DNA of 64,000 bases, taken from positions 3,759 to 67,758 of the IMG/VR virus record IMGVR_UViG_2531839647_000001. One strand, 5' to 3'. This DNA comes from a virus (Duplodnaviria; Caudoviricetes). The notes beneath the pieces were generated by a model. It was given only the letters and a program-made list of their open reading frames with translations, was not told where the DNA came from and did not search any database. The position numbers and the translations under genes were made by a program. Position 1 is the stretch's first letter. Each line of letters opens with the position of its first letter. Shown one piece after another: positions 28,414-38,236 of this stretch.

Positions 28414-29952
28414 TTAAGCTTTAACAGTACTTACACGCGCAAAGCCACCAATACCCGCTTTACCGCTGTTTCCGTTACTTTCAGTAGTGTGACCAGCTTC
28501 ACCAACAACTAAAGTCATATACTGAGTTTTTTCGGTTGAATTTACATATCGGCAAATGAGTAAACCACCACTTGCACCACCACCACCAAGTGCCCAGCCA
28601 TCATCTCCAACACCATTGGCACCATCACCACCAGCACCCCAGTTTGATACTGGACTTACTGATGCGCCGCCTTTGTGGTTAGTTTGGTTTGCAGCTGTAC
28701 CAGCAATACCTAATTTTCTTGAAAGTTCTGTAATACTGGATGTGATAGTGATTGTTCCAGCTAAACCGCCAGCACCATTTGAGAAAGCACTACCATTTGA
28801 CCACTGACCACTTGTACCGCCTTTACCGCCACCAACAACCGCCAAGTCGAGCTCATTTAAACGTAAGCGTGTATCTGTACCATGGGTCCCATGAGCCAAT
28901 GCTCCTAACTCCCATACACTGCCACCACCAGCCCCGCCAGCACCGACTAAAATGAATTCTTTTTGTTCTTTTGGTTGAATTGGAATGATATAAACACCTG
29001 GTACTGTGTAATCGCCGTTTCCATCGTTAAGTGTTTCTGCAGCTACCTGAATAACTGACCAATTCACAGTACCTGAATATCCAATACGGTTTTGACCTGA
29101 GCGCTCCCAAACTTCATATGAAAAACCTTTTTCCGCACGAGTAAGCTTCCAAGCTTCATGTGAGCTTTCGGGCGTTAGATGGATTGCATACTTTGAATCA
29201 CGTAAATCAGTAACTTTGCCACCTAATTCAATTGTCGCAGTGCTACCAATATTTACACCTGATCCAATCAATTTTGGATATTGAGCATCTAAGGTTTTCT
29301 TGAAATCGATTAACTGCTGTAACAAGTTTTTGGAACTAAGATCTAGATCATCAATCTGATGTTGTAAATCATCGTCTTTGGCTTTTACATCCTTCTCTAA
29401 TGCATATTGAGGATGAGGATCCTCATGCTGATTATGTTCAGTCATGAGCTTACGGATTAACGCACCGTATTGTGGGTGTGGGTCTTCATCTGCACTATGC
29501 TGATTCATCAACATCACAGCAATTGGGGTGTTTGGATCAATCTTGATAGTTACGTTTTTTAAATTAACGTCAGTTAAAACAAATCCAAATGTAACGATGG
29601 CTACTACGTTTGCATGTAAAGACATGATTGATTGAGCTTCTGTAGTTGAAGCTACCGCAAGCAAAGTACCATCTGATAGGTATATACCCATCTCAAACAC
29701 TTCCATTGTTAAAGTTGGCTCAATACTCATCACAAAACGCAAAGTACCAGTCTCAGTATCTACACCACCACCGTTAAGAGAAAATCTGGCTAATTCATTT
29801 TTAAGAGAAGTTAGGTTTTTCGCTTCTACTGATGCATCAAATTTGCTATTACCTACAGCAAGATGGGTTAACTCCCCACCAAAACTAGCAACATCACCTA
29901 CTTTATTTAATGCATTACGACCTGCGTCAGTCAAAAAGAAGTTAATAGCCAT
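28414..29952 (-). CDS. Side tail fibre (tail-collar-fibre N-terminus, DPHPQY repeats, Gly-rich C-terminus)
   Basis: LTDAGRNAL..THLAVG..EMGIYLSDGTLLAV; HxxxEDPHPQY twice; GAGGAGG repeats. Confidence 0.8.
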   Translation of the reverse strand: MAINFFLTDAGRNALNKVGDVASFGGELTHLAVGNSKFDASVEAKNLTSLKNELARFSLNGGGVDTETGTLRFVMSIEPTLTMEVFEMGIYLSDGTLLAVASTTEAQSIMSLHANVVAIVTFGFVLTDVNLKNVTIKIDPNTPIAVMLMNQHSADEDPHPQYGALIRKLMTEHNQHEDPHPQYALEKDVKAKDDDLQHQIDDLDLSSKNLLQQLIDFKKTLDAQYPKLIGSGVNIGSTATIELGGKVTDLRDSKYAIHLTPESSHEAWKLTRAEKGFSYEVWERSGQNRIGYSGTVNWSVIQVAAETLNDGNGDYTVPGVYIIPIQPKEQKEFILVGAGGAGGGSVWELGALAHGTHGTDTRLRLNELDLAVVGGGKGGTSGQWSNGSAFSNGAGGLAGTITITSSITELSRKLGIAGTAANQTNHKGGASVSPVSNWGAGGDGANGVGDDGWALGGGGASGGLLICRYVNSTEKTQYMTLVVGEAGHTTESNGNSGKAGIGGFARVSTVKA

Positions 29953-29978
29953 AACCCACCCATATGATTTATTGATCT

Positions 29979-30019
29979 ATGGTAGTTATGGCTATTAAGT
30001 AACTTAGGGGTCAGTTCCA
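29979..30019 (-). promoter_or_regulatory. Putative late promoter (TGGAAC-N30-ACCAT) for the tail-fibre operon
   Basis: gttcca at 30014-30019; -10 box TACCAT. Confidence 0.75.
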
Positions 30020-30024
30020 CTAAA

Positions 30025-32016
30025 TTAATCCTTTTCACTTTCAGCCGCTTCTCTTAAAGCACTGAATCTTGACTTACGTTCAGCCTGCTCTCGACCTTCA
30101 GGCGTATCATCTGTGACATTTACAGTTTCATATGCTTCAGTGTAGTGAACGTTTTCAAGGAATAAGAAAGCAAATGCATCCCCTATATCGGGCGACTTAA
30201 TTCCCATCCGTTTCATTTCATCTTTACTCAAGATTTTGTATCGTGCAAAGTCATCAAAACGGTATGGAACGTGAATTAATTGATCTTTAATTTTCACATT
30301 GTGTTTCTTTGTTTTTATTTTAAAACGACCACTTGCGATTGCTCGAGCCAAGCCCACATAAGCCAATGACCGCTTATTCGTGAACTCTTTTCTATTGTCA
30401 TTACTAAAACATTGTGAGCCCCAATAAACTGGAACGTAGAAAATGCCTTGCTTTTTAAGGTACTGACCAAGACCTTTACCAGCACCATTATCATCAACTA
30501 CTAGGTTTGCATTTGGATACTGTAAAAGCAGCTCATTAATTTTTGCGAATAACTCAATAATATCGTCTCTATTTTTACATAGAGGGATATCAACAACTTC
30601 TACACGGCGTGCACGCTCGCCCCATTGCGATTCACCCCAAACTTTAGAAACAACAATTACAGAATCGTCTCGGCCAACACCACCACCAACGTCTACCGTA
30701 ATGACATAACCAAATTGATGATCCTCAAAAATACTCGCGCCAACATACATTTCTTCTGTTTGACGTTTGGTAATTAAGAACTCATCTGATAAGTCTGGGA
30801 ATTCACCTAGAACACGGATCTTGTACTGAGCATCTTCACGGCTTCCATACTTTTGCCGTTGTTCCTCTAAGGATTGCTTACTAACTAGTGGTGACTCTTC
30901 CCCATTAAATGTGAGAGCTATCCAAACGCCACCAGCTCTATGACTTAACTTGTGATGAGTCTCATAGAACATACCCGCGTTACGGGTAGGCTGAGAGGTC
31001 ATTACTGCACGGTTATCTTCGTGCGTTAAGGCACCAAACGCCACATCAAGTACGGCATCATCTACACCGCTGGCCTCATCGACCCAGACCATGTAGTTAT
31101 CGCCGTGGTTACCAGCCAAATTTGTAGGTTGATGTTTTGGTGCTGTCTTAGCAAAGACATACCACTTTTCTTTGTAGCCTTTAATGTAAACGAGTTCAGA
31201 CTGGTACCCGACATAATCAGCAAGCCAAGCCAAAGGCCCTTGCTTCAATCGTGCTAGATTGATACTGATTTCTTTCCAGACTTGTTTCTTTAACTGCCCG
31301 ATCTGCGGGGCAGTAAACATCATGATTGATTCATCAAAAAACAAGAGATGCCATAAGGCAACAATACCGGCACTGGCCGTTTTACCAGTGTTATGTAGTA
31401 CTAAGTCATCTTCACCTAAGAAAAATGGATCTGGATCGAGTACAAAACCGTAATATTTACCTTCACCCAGCTCGGCAACCGATGTGATTTTTATAGGCTC
31501 ATGTTCCCCATCAACAAGCCTATATGATGCAAACTGTTCTCTATTTTCTGGCTTTAGGTTCATGTATTGAGAAACAAGCAATTCAATCTTGTCGCCCTTT
31601 GACCAGCCGTTACCATCGTATAAAGATATTAAACAAAGGATGTGTGATTTGTTGAATGTATGAGCTTTGCCATTCTCATATTCAAACCGGTACATTTCCT
31701 GATAACCGGTTACTGTTTTAATTACATCTAGTTCAGTCTTACCATCTGCAGCAAGGATCTTGTGATTTAGGTTAATGCGCTCAACAGGGATAAAGTCCCC
31801 ATTGGCTAATTTGATTAATGTCCCTTTACCAAAACAACCGTGACCTGAAGCTACGGATGTACGACTACCATCAAATGCAATAGATTCAAAAAGTAATTCT
31901 TGTTGCCATGTGGGTTCGACACCTAATGCTTCTACGGCGAAAGCATAGATGTCGTAACGATAACGCTCACAAAGTTCCCACCATTCGGGAATTTCTTTTA
32001 ATGGTGCCAAAGCCAT
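30025..32016 (-). CDS. terL: Terminase large subunit (PacB-like) containing an intein
   Basis: SGHG|TGKT Walker A, VWVDEASG Walker B, VDVGGG.GRD nuclease motif, SPDIGDA. Confidence 0.9.
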   Translation of the reverse strand: MALAPLKEIPEWWELCERYRYDIYAFAVEALGVEPTWQQELLFESIAFDGSRTSVASGHGCFGKGTLIKLANGDFIPVERINLNHKILAADGKTELDVIKTVTGYQEMYRFEYENGKAHTFNKSHILCLISLYDGNGWSKGDKIELLVSQYMNLKPENREQFASYRLVDGEHEPIKITSVAELGEGKYYGFVLDPDPFFLGEDDLVLHNTGKTASAGIVALWHLLFFDESIMMFTAPQIGQLKKQVWKEISINLARLKQGPLAWLADYVGYQSELVYIKGYKEKWYVFAKTAPKHQPTNLAGNHGDNYMVWVDEASGVDDAVLDVAFGALTHEDNRAVMTSQPTRNAGMFYETHHKLSHRAGGVWIALTFNGEESPLVSKQSLEEQRQKYGSREDAQYKIRVLGEFPDLSDEFLITKRQTEEMYVGASIFEDHQFGYVITVDVGGGVGRDDSVIVVSKVWGESQWGERARRVEVVDIPLCKNRDDIIELFAKINELLLQYPNANLVVDDNGAGKGLGQYLKKQGIFYVPVYWGSQCFSNDNRKEFTNKRSLAYVGLARAIASGRFKIKTKKHNVKIKDQLIHVPYRFDDFARYKILSKDEMKRMGIKSPDIGDAFAFLFLENVHYTEAYETVNVTDDTPEGREQAERKSRFSALREAAESEKD
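31390..31836 (-). mobile_element. Mini-intein (149 aa, no homing endonuclease)
   Basis: Starts CFGKGT, block B TFNKSH, ends YYGF...LVLHN followed by Thr. Confidence 0.9.
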
Positions 32017-32035
32017 ACCGTAAAAACACCATTAA

Positions 32036-32593
32036 TTAAAAGATTGAAAAAGGAAGCATTGTTGGATCTACAGCATCTTCTTCAAACTGATTCCCTTCAG
32101 TAATTGAAAAGCCTTTGGCAATTTTTGTACTAGCCCAAACTGCTAACAGGATTGCAATGTGGCCGTTGTTTAAGCTGCTGCTATCAAATTCCTGCTGAAG
32201 GCCGTTTTTATCGACTTTACGGATTTCAAGTACGTTCTTAGGGTTGTACTGGTTTAACTTCGGCTCAATTTCAATTAATTTTGCTCTGTAACGAGCTTGA
32301 TAAATTGAAATCACTTCCTCTAAGTGGTCTTTAGCATTGAAACTTAATTGCCAATTCTGTACTTGGTCCGGTGAGTCAGTTACTACAACCGTTTGATCTC
32401 TTAAATCACTTGGTACAGGTAAATTTGAATAAACGGCTGTTTTTTGAATAACAAGCTCACCAGTATCCGCAAATGCGGCTCCAATGAGACGAATCGGTTG
32501 ATCAGAAAACCCAGCAACACGACTGTCAATACGAATAATTCCAGACATTACATGTATCCTTAGCGCCGTTTGCGTTCTAACTTGGTTTGGCAT
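32036..32593 (-). CDS. Hypothetical late protein (true start may be MSGII)
   Basis: ORF directly upstream of terL. Confidence 0.55.
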   Translation of the reverse strand: MPNQVRTQTALRIHVMSGIIRIDSRVAGFSDQPIRLIGAAFADTGELVIQKTAVYSNLPVPSDLRDQTVVVTDSPDQVQNWQLSFNAKDHLEEVISIYQARYRAKLIEIEPKLNQYNPKNVLEIRKVDKNGLQQEFDSSSLNNGHIAILLAVWASTKIAKGFSITEGNQFEEDAVDPTMLPFSIF

Positions 32594-32760
32594 TCAATGC
32601 AGAATTTCACGCCACCGAGTGCACGACGGCGCTCTGGTATTTCTTCACCACATTCAACGCATTCTTTTTCAGATTCGCCGTCAAAACGGCATCGATTTGC
32701 AATTTCTTGCTGCAATAAATAATCAGCACTTTCTTGTGCCTTATCGATTAAGTCAGTCAT
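32560..32760 (-). CDS. TraR/DksA C4-type zinc-finger protein
   Basis: MTDLIDKAQ...CVECGEEIPERRRALGGVKFCIECQ. Confidence 0.9.
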   Translation of the reverse strand: MTDLIDKAQESADYLLQQEIANRCRFDGESEKECVECGEEIPERRRALGGVKFCIECQTKLERKRR

Positions 32761-33568
32761 CTATACGCTCAACTGTAATTTCACCTGTTTCTCTGTCACC
32801 CTTCACACGTTGATGGTCGAGTGGCGTGTACTGATCAGCTTGCACTACAACTTTGTCGTTGATTGCGGGCTGTTCCGTTGCTGAGCCGTCAGGTTCATAC
32901 CCATTACCCGTGTTTTGATCGAAAGGACCACCGAAACCGATAACGTTAGGTGTGTAACCCACAAGCTGAATATCTACAGTTGAGATAGAAAGATTGACTG
33001 CTTCGCTAGGTACGGGTGATGGAAAAAGTTCATTTTCAAAAACAGTGAAAGTTGAATTAACAACATGTTCATTCCATTGCTGAAATGGCACATTAAAACG
33101 GCGGTTATCACTGCTAGACATATACGCGCAAAATTGCCCAATGACTGAACGTAGATCGTTAGGATTCGTTGCAAAGAATGCGATTTGAGCTCTTACAGTA
33201 GTTGGTACCAGACGAACTTTTACCCGCTTCTCATCAATGACCGTTTCAACAAAATCTGGCACTGGTAGTAATTGATTAATATCTGGGGGTTGATCTGTTA
33301 GCGCTGTTGCAGTGAGCATTACTGGTAAAAGTACTTTCGATTCTTCATCATGCTTTTGGCTTTTTCTATATTCAGAAAGCATAGCTTCTGAATCGTCCAT
33401 CATCCGTGACGGACATGCTTTAATAGCGTTGCCAATGGCTCTCAATTTCCAGTCAGCTGTTAATTGTGTTTCAGGCATATACCAAGCACGAAAATTGACA
33501 AGCTGCTTATACCAAGCGTTTTGAATGCATTTAAGCGAATCGTTGGGGTAATTCATTGTTACCCCCAC
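32753..33568 (-). CDS. Tail completion or terminator-like structural protein
   Basis: Late operon context; LPVMLT and TVRAQIAFF beta pattern. Confidence 0.35.
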   Translation of the reverse strand: MGVTMNYPNDSLKCIQNAWYKQLVNFRAWYMPETQLTADWKLRAIGNAIKACPSRMMDDSEAMLSEYRKSQKHDEESKVLLPVMLTATALTDQPPDINQLLPVPDFVETVIDEKRVKVRLVPTTVRAQIAFFATNPNDLRSVIGQFCAYMSSSDNRRFNVPFQQWNEHVVNSTFTVFENELFPSPVPSEAVNLSISTVDIQLVGYTPNVIGFGGPFDQNTGNGYEPDGSATEQPAINDKVVVQADQYTPLDHQRVKGDRETGEITVERIDD

Positions 33569-34464
33569 ACACTAAAAATACTGCCAAATGACTTTTTCGA
33601 CTTTTTTGGTTTCTCTTTTACACTTGGTTGATCCATGGATTGCAAAATTTGTTCAGCTTGTTGCTGAACTGAATCAAAGCTCATCACAGGATTTACCATT
33701 CCCGTATAGAGTTCTTTTTTGCGTTCTTCTCTTAGTTGTTGTACTCGTTTTTGCCTATCAACTACTTCTGATAATTCACCCACTAACCCTTGAGCATTTC
33801 CTAACTCGTTTAATAGATGCAGCTGACTATTGATATTGTCGTATGTCTGTAAAATTTGATCTTCAAGTAATTGAGCAATAATAATTTCGGGCTTTGATAA
33901 CTGGGAAATATCTGTTGCACTATCAAAGCAAGAAACAACGCCTTCAGGCTCTTCAGGTATGAATAAATCATCAAATAACTGACCATCCCCAACATTACTT
34001 GCAAAGTTAGGCAATAGGGCAAAATCGAATCCAAAAAAACCAGTTGGAATTAAGCGGCCACCAACATTTTTATAATTTACAGCTGTACTAAAGCCACCCG
34101 CTTGGGCTTTATACTGCTGTAAGGCAACCTCACCTGGTTCGTTTTCATAGAATTCTTCACGGTGTTCAACCGTACCATCTTTGAATGCACGTAATTCAAT
34201 TGTTTTAAATGCACTAACTAGATATACCAACTTCCCCTTAATAATGACTGTTTCTGGCGGTGCCATCCCGAAACGCTGCCGGATTTGATGACCGTAATAA
34301 CCTTGTAAAGAGTTAGTAGCCACCATTTCTTGAACATAGTCACTATTAATTAGATTGACCATTGCATCAACATCGACATTACTTCGATCAACACCGGTAT
34401 ATTTACGGCATCGATCATGTAGGTTGTAAGAGAGAACTTTAGTCTTTCTATTTTTGCTAGCCAT
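33559..34464 (-). CDS. Prohead (head-processing) protease, P1 Pro / T4 gp21 type
   Basis: GYYGH (His), GGFSTA (Ser) and GFDFALLPNF motifs in the order expected for prohead serine proteases. Confidence 0.7.
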   Translation of the reverse strand: MASKNRKTKVLSYNLHDRCRKYTGVDRSNVDVDAMVNLINSDYVQEMVATNSLQGYYGHQIRQRFGMAPPETVIIKGKLVYLVSAFKTIELRAFKDGTVEHREEFYENEPGEVALQQYKAQAGGFSTAVNYKNVGGRLIPTGFFGFDFALLPNFASNVGDGQLFDDLFIPEEPEGVVSCFDSATDISQLSKPEIIIAQLLEDQILQTYDNINSQLHLLNELGNAQGLVGELSEVVDRQKRVQQLREERKKELYTGMVNPVMSFDSVQQQAEQILQSMDQPSVKEKPKKSKKSFGSIFSVWG

Positions 34465-34494
34465 AAAAAAAGCCCCAATGCTATGATTGAGGCT

Positions 34495-34535
34495 ATTGTT
34501 TCAGTTGTTCTACAGTTGAAATTTAATCAGTTCCA
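34495..34535 (-). promoter_or_regulatory. Putative late promoter (TGGAAC-N30-ACAAT) for the protease-terL operon
   Basis: gttcca at 34530-34535 and attgt at 34495-34499. Confidence 0.75.
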
Positions 34536-34537
34536 GA

Positions 34538-34765
34538 TCAAATCTTTTGATCAAACTTAATCAATTCTAATAGTTTGTCATGTTGTTTATCTTCAATAGT
34601 TGCATCAAAGATGTATCCACTTTTTAGTGAGATAAAAACATCATAAAAGCTCTCATAAACCATGCTGCCTCTATGATCACTTTTGGAGACTTGCAAACAA
34701 TCCATTTGAGATAAGTCAATTAATTGAGAACAACCACGCTTTCGACAAAAAATACTTAATCGCAT
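34538..34765 (-). CDS. Small hypothetical protein
   Basis: ORF directly after the Tad1-like gene, with a GGGTG RBS. Confidence 0.55.
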   Translation of the reverse strand: MRLSIFCRKRGCSQLIDLSQMDCLQVSKSDHRGSMVYESFYDVFISLKSGYIFDATIEDKQHDKLLELIKFDQKI

Positions 34766-34776
34766 ACTTCACCCAA

Positions 34777-35235
34777 TTATTTTTCAAGTGTGCCTTCAAC
34801 ACCACGAGCACGGCGCTCTGCAGTACGCTTATTAAATTCTTCTAGCGCACTTTCCATATCAATAATGGCTTGTTTATTGAATTCGCTTGGGAATTTTTCA
34901 TCTAAAGTTTTAGTACGGTGAATAAGTACTTTTAATAATGCTTCACTGGTAACCCCATTCACACCATGTTCTGGAATTGGGCCATCCTGAAAATGAAGAC
35001 TGATTTCAAAATCTTTTGCGTTCTGAGTTTCTGGATTTGCTGAAATCTTATAGTAATGGCCCTGAGCATAAGCTGTAATGCCTTCAACCACTTCCCCATT
35101 AACAACTTTATCAATTTCTTGTGATTCTAATTCTCGGTTTGCGTAACCTAAGAAATGATCAATTAATAGGTTTTCTCCTTGATCATTGATTGGTTCTGCG
35201 ATTCCTACTAAAACATTGTCTTGAGCTTGTTGCAT
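34777..35235 (-). CDS. tad1: Tad1-like nucleotide-signal sponge (anti-Thoeris/anti-CBASS)
   Basis: HYYKI...LHFQDGP..HGVNGVTSEALL..LIHR....FPSEFN..A...E.AL....KRTAERRARGVEGT matches the Tad1 family pattern as recalled. Confidence 0.8.
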   Translation of the reverse strand: MQQAQDNVLVGIAEPINDQGENLLIDHFLGYANRELESQEIDKVVNGEVVEGITAYAQGHYYKISANPETQNAKDFEISLHFQDGPIPEHGVNGVTSEALLKVLIHRTKTLDEKFPSEFNKQAIIDMESALEEFNKRTAERRARGVEGTLEK

Positions 35236-35267
35236 ATAAAAAAAGTCCTGAACTAATGAACAGGACT

Positions 35268-35308
35268 ATGAAATCATTTTGTATTTGTGTACTAACTCAA
35301 CAGTTCCA
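35268..35308 (-). promoter_or_regulatory. Putative late promoter (TGGAAC-N30-TTCAT, weak -10) for tad1
   Basis: gttcca at 35303-35308; the -10 pentamer lacks the conserved A. Confidence 0.6.
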
Positions 35309-35314
35309 AAGCAA

Positions 35315-35929
35315 TTAAAGGAAGTTATAAATTGCATAAGGCTTCGCTGCTATCGCTGCTGCAAAGCTGGTCGAGCCTAAGTCTCTATCAAATACCATCG
35401 AGTGAACTTTAACGACAATATTGGCTGGTACCAAACGTCGTAATATCGGTGACAGCTCTACCACTTCAGTTGCATCAACAGTTTTATCTAAAACAATTCT
35501 AATCCGACTTGTTAAGAAGTAATTTGGCTTTTCAAAATCAGACAAATAGGCTGGATATTCTTTTAGCTTTTCCAAGCTATGCCATAGCCGGATAATCTGA
35601 AAATGATCTTTCCCCCACAGCATTCGTAAAACAAACTCTAAAAACGCTATTCCTCTTTTATTACCCATGCTGCTCCAATTGGCATAAATAATTCGCATTA
35701 ACGTGTCAGAGGTGTTATTTCGCCGTAATACAACAAGTCCGTTTTGTTTAGAGAACCGTTCTACAACTGTTTTACTACCGATATGAGGACAACCGTAATC
35801 CAATAAATCTTGAATGGACTGCTCAAAGTTTTGTGCAAATACTTGTTTAAATGCTTTAGCAAGTGCGGTTTGCAAGCCCGTACTTACATAGTGTTCATCT
35901 AGAGGCCGTGTAAAGCTTATAGGGTCCAT
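35315..35929 (-). CDS. Baseplate wedge protein (gpI-like)
   Basis: NKRGIAFLEFVLRMLWG...LRRLVPANIVV; follows the J-like baseplate gene. Confidence 0.6.
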   Translation of the reverse strand: MDPISFTRPLDEHYVSTGLQTALAKAFKQVFAQNFEQSIQDLLDYGCPHIGSKTVVERFSKQNGLVVLRRNNTSDTLMRIIYANWSSMGNKRGIAFLEFVLRMLWGKDHFQIIRLWHSLEKLKEYPAYLSDFEKPNYFLTSRIRIVLDKTVDATEVVELSPILRRLVPANIVVKVHSMVFDRDLGSTSFAAAIAAKPYAIYNFL

Positions 35930-37371
35930 GTAGCCCCCGAGATATCAGCGGTGCGTTCCAACTCAACAGTAATGCTGTCTTTTGTCACATACACCCACTC
36001 ATTAGGCTTATTCAACTCATTTGAAAGCATAATGGTAAAGTCACTCATTCGGTCTTGGAATGCCACAATATTGTCATTGATAAGCTTTGACATTTCTTGT
36101 TTATTAAATCCATACATTAGCCATCTGCTAGAGCTAAGTGATTCACGTCCGTAACGCTCAACAAGTAATTCTTTGATCTGTGTTTTAACCATATCCGAAT
36201 TATGTACAGAAGCCAAAGAGCCTTTAATTTTTACTTCAATAGGCTTTTCTACAACTTCATGTACATTCACTTTACCTTCATACAAGTTATCGCAATAACC
36301 AATATACCGACAGATATCTTGTTCTAATGTTGCTTGTTCAGCTGGGTTCTTCGCAACTACCACAAGGTTTAAATGATTTATGTCGCGATAAGTAACTTCG
36401 AAATGCTGTTCTTGAAGCGTTTCATTCCACACGGATGTAAACTGAGCCCGCTTCATGAACTTTTTACGGACAGCGTAATCAAAATTGCCCATAAATACTG
36501 CATCTTCATCATAAAGGGATGGATAGCTTGATAATAAACGTAATTCTGGTACAGCTAATGGATCTACACCCTCTCTAATCACTCCACCAGCTTTAAAACG
36601 CACTGATATGCGTTGTTCATCATTAGTAAGTACATCAAGTAAAGCAGCATCTTTTAAACGATTAACATCAACTTCCCCGTATGTCTCAAGAATTCCAATT
36701 ATTACCGTTTCATTGGCTTGCAGAGTACGTCCAGCTCTATCAGAATCTCCAAACTCAATAAACAGTCTTCTTAGATTATCTGTAGTGACTGTTACAGCAT
36801 ATTCACCTGGTTCAACATTCATCCAGCGCGGCTTAATTACATAGTTATTATTGCCCTGCTTAATAGAAATATTTGCAAGTGAAAGGTCCTCTAAAAGATC
36901 TATTCGATATTTATGAAACCCCTCAGTAACTGGTACAACATATTTAATTTCACGGTATTCACTTTGTTCTGCAATTACTTCCGCCGTCTCACCAGCTTTA
37001 ACAGTAATTGATTGAAGTAACCGCCAGACTCTACCGCCGCTATGGTCCTCAATCATTCGTCCTTGGCTTAAGCTGACAGCATTTGTTGATCGGTTGATGA
37101 TTTCAATTAAGTGCTGACACGGCGTACCTATTGGCAAAATGCCTTTATTTGTTGCATCCGCAATAATAGAGCGGTCACGTGTTTTGGTGAATGGTTCAAT
37201 TGAAGCAATATCGATTTCTGGACCAAGTGCAGTCAAAAAACTAGCCATAGAACGCAGCTGGTGAACGACTAGCGGATCTTGAGCTTTATAGCGTTCCTGA
37301 ATCTCATAATCATCTATCGCTGCTTGGAGCTGGGCTTCAAAATCAGCTTGCGTTAATGTCATATGTCTCAC
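35917..37371 (-). CDS. Baseplate wedge protein (gpJ/gp6/BplA-like)
   Basis: TKTRDRSIIADA..KG, IEFGDSDRAGR and GVDPLAVPELR motifs. Confidence 0.65.
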   Translation of the reverse strand: MRHMTLTQADFEAQLQAAIDDYEIQERYKAQDPLVVHQLRSMASFLTALGPEIDIASIEPFTKTRDRSIIADATNKGILPIGTPCQHLIEIINRSTNAVSLSQGRMIEDHSGGRVWRLLQSITVKAGETAEVIAEQSEYREIKYVVPVTEGFHKYRIDLLEDLSLANISIKQGNNNYVIKPRWMNVEPGEYAVTVTTDNLRRLFIEFGDSDRAGRTLQANETVIIGILETYGEVDVNRLKDAALLDVLTNDEQRISVRFKAGGVIREGVDPLAVPELRLLSSYPSLYDEDAVFMGNFDYAVRKKFMKRAQFTSVWNETLQEQHFEVTYRDINHLNLVVVAKNPAEQATLEQDICRYIGYCDNLYEGKVNVHEVVEKPIEVKIKGSLASVHNSDMVKTQIKELLVERYGRESLSSSRWLMYGFNKQEMSKLINDNIVAFQDRMSDFTIMLSNELNKPNEWVYVTKDSITVELERTADISGATWTL

Positions 37372-37681
37372 CTGTTACTGATTTACCCAATCGATCTGCT
37401 ACTTGGTTAAGATCTATATTCACATTCATGATGTTTAGATGAATATGAACCGTCTCAAAACCTTCGGTTTGTGAATACAGTGCTAATTGGTCAGAGTTAA
37501 GCTCAGATAATATTGGTAGATCTTTTTTCATCTTAATTAGAAAACTATCTGCAACCCTTGAGTCCAAAGGTGCCATTAGCAAATCATAAAGAGGTGCACC
37601 AAAATCTGAACCATACTTTCCATTGACCGGATGATTAAGCCAGTACTCAACCATGTCTAAAATTGTTTTAGATGTGATCAT
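37343..37681 (-). CDS. Baseplate gp25/gpW-like protein
   Basis: WLNHPVNGKYGSDFGAPLYDLL. Confidence 0.6.
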   Translation of the reverse strand: MITSKTILDMVEYWLNHPVNGKYGSDFGAPLYDLLMAPLDSRVADSFLIKMKKDLPILSELNSDQLALYSQTEGFETVHIHLNIMNVNIDLNQVADRLGKSVTGETYDINAS

Positions 37682-38037
37682 TAAGAAGTTGCTCTATTAC
37701 TGAAAATCATCATAAGCTTTACTAGTATTGCGGTGCCAATCTGGTAAGTTGAAAAAATAGTGAAATAGATAATGAATATCCAAAATGAAACGCTTAAAGC
37801 ATCAAAATAAGAAGCAACGTAATAGATTCGCCAATCAACAAGAAGAATAGTGACCAATACACATGCCATGCTTATGAAATACATATATCTAATTTCTTTA
37901 AATAAGCGGCTTATAGGCAAATGGCGTAATTGTTTTATAGATGTCGCTTTATTCTTACTATTCCATCCAGTTATAACTGAAAGATAAGCTAAAAACGCCA
38001 GAATTAAGACAATATCGATACCGATCTGAATTTGCAT
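37681..38037 (-). CDS. Three-TM membrane protein (holin candidate)
   Basis: Start moved to ATG 38037 (MQIQIG) because the late promoter lies at 38067-38107; three hydrophobic segments. Confidence 0.45.
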   Translation of the reverse strand: MQIQIGIDIVLILAFLAYLSVITGWNSKNKATSIKQLRHLPISRLFKEIRYMYFISMACVLVTILLVDWRIYYVASYFDALSVSFWIFIIYFTIFSTYQIGTAILVKLMMIFSNRATS

Positions 38038-38066
38038 AAAAAACACCCTTAATAAAAACTGTATTA

Positions 38067-38107
38067 AGGGTATTGCTTTTATAATTATGTAAGCGGGAAT
38101 GGTTCCA
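38067..38107 (-). promoter_or_regulatory. Putative late promoter (TGGAAC-N30-ACCCT) for the baseplate operon
   Basis: gttcca at 38102-38107; -10 box TACCCT. Confidence 0.75.
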
Positions 38108-38236
38108 GATTTGAAAATAAGAAATGCATGGATTATTATATATACAAAGCCCGCTCCACTTATGACACGAGAACGTATAGGGTCATAAGTGTAGGTTAGA
38201 AGATGTCGCAACCCATCTCTAACTATCGGGCTTTTT

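Noticed and set aside
7035-29952. DGR or invertible tail-fibre switch
   Set aside because: No reverse transcriptase or invertase and no near-identical DNA repeats seen; the fibre repeats are diverged protein-level duplications
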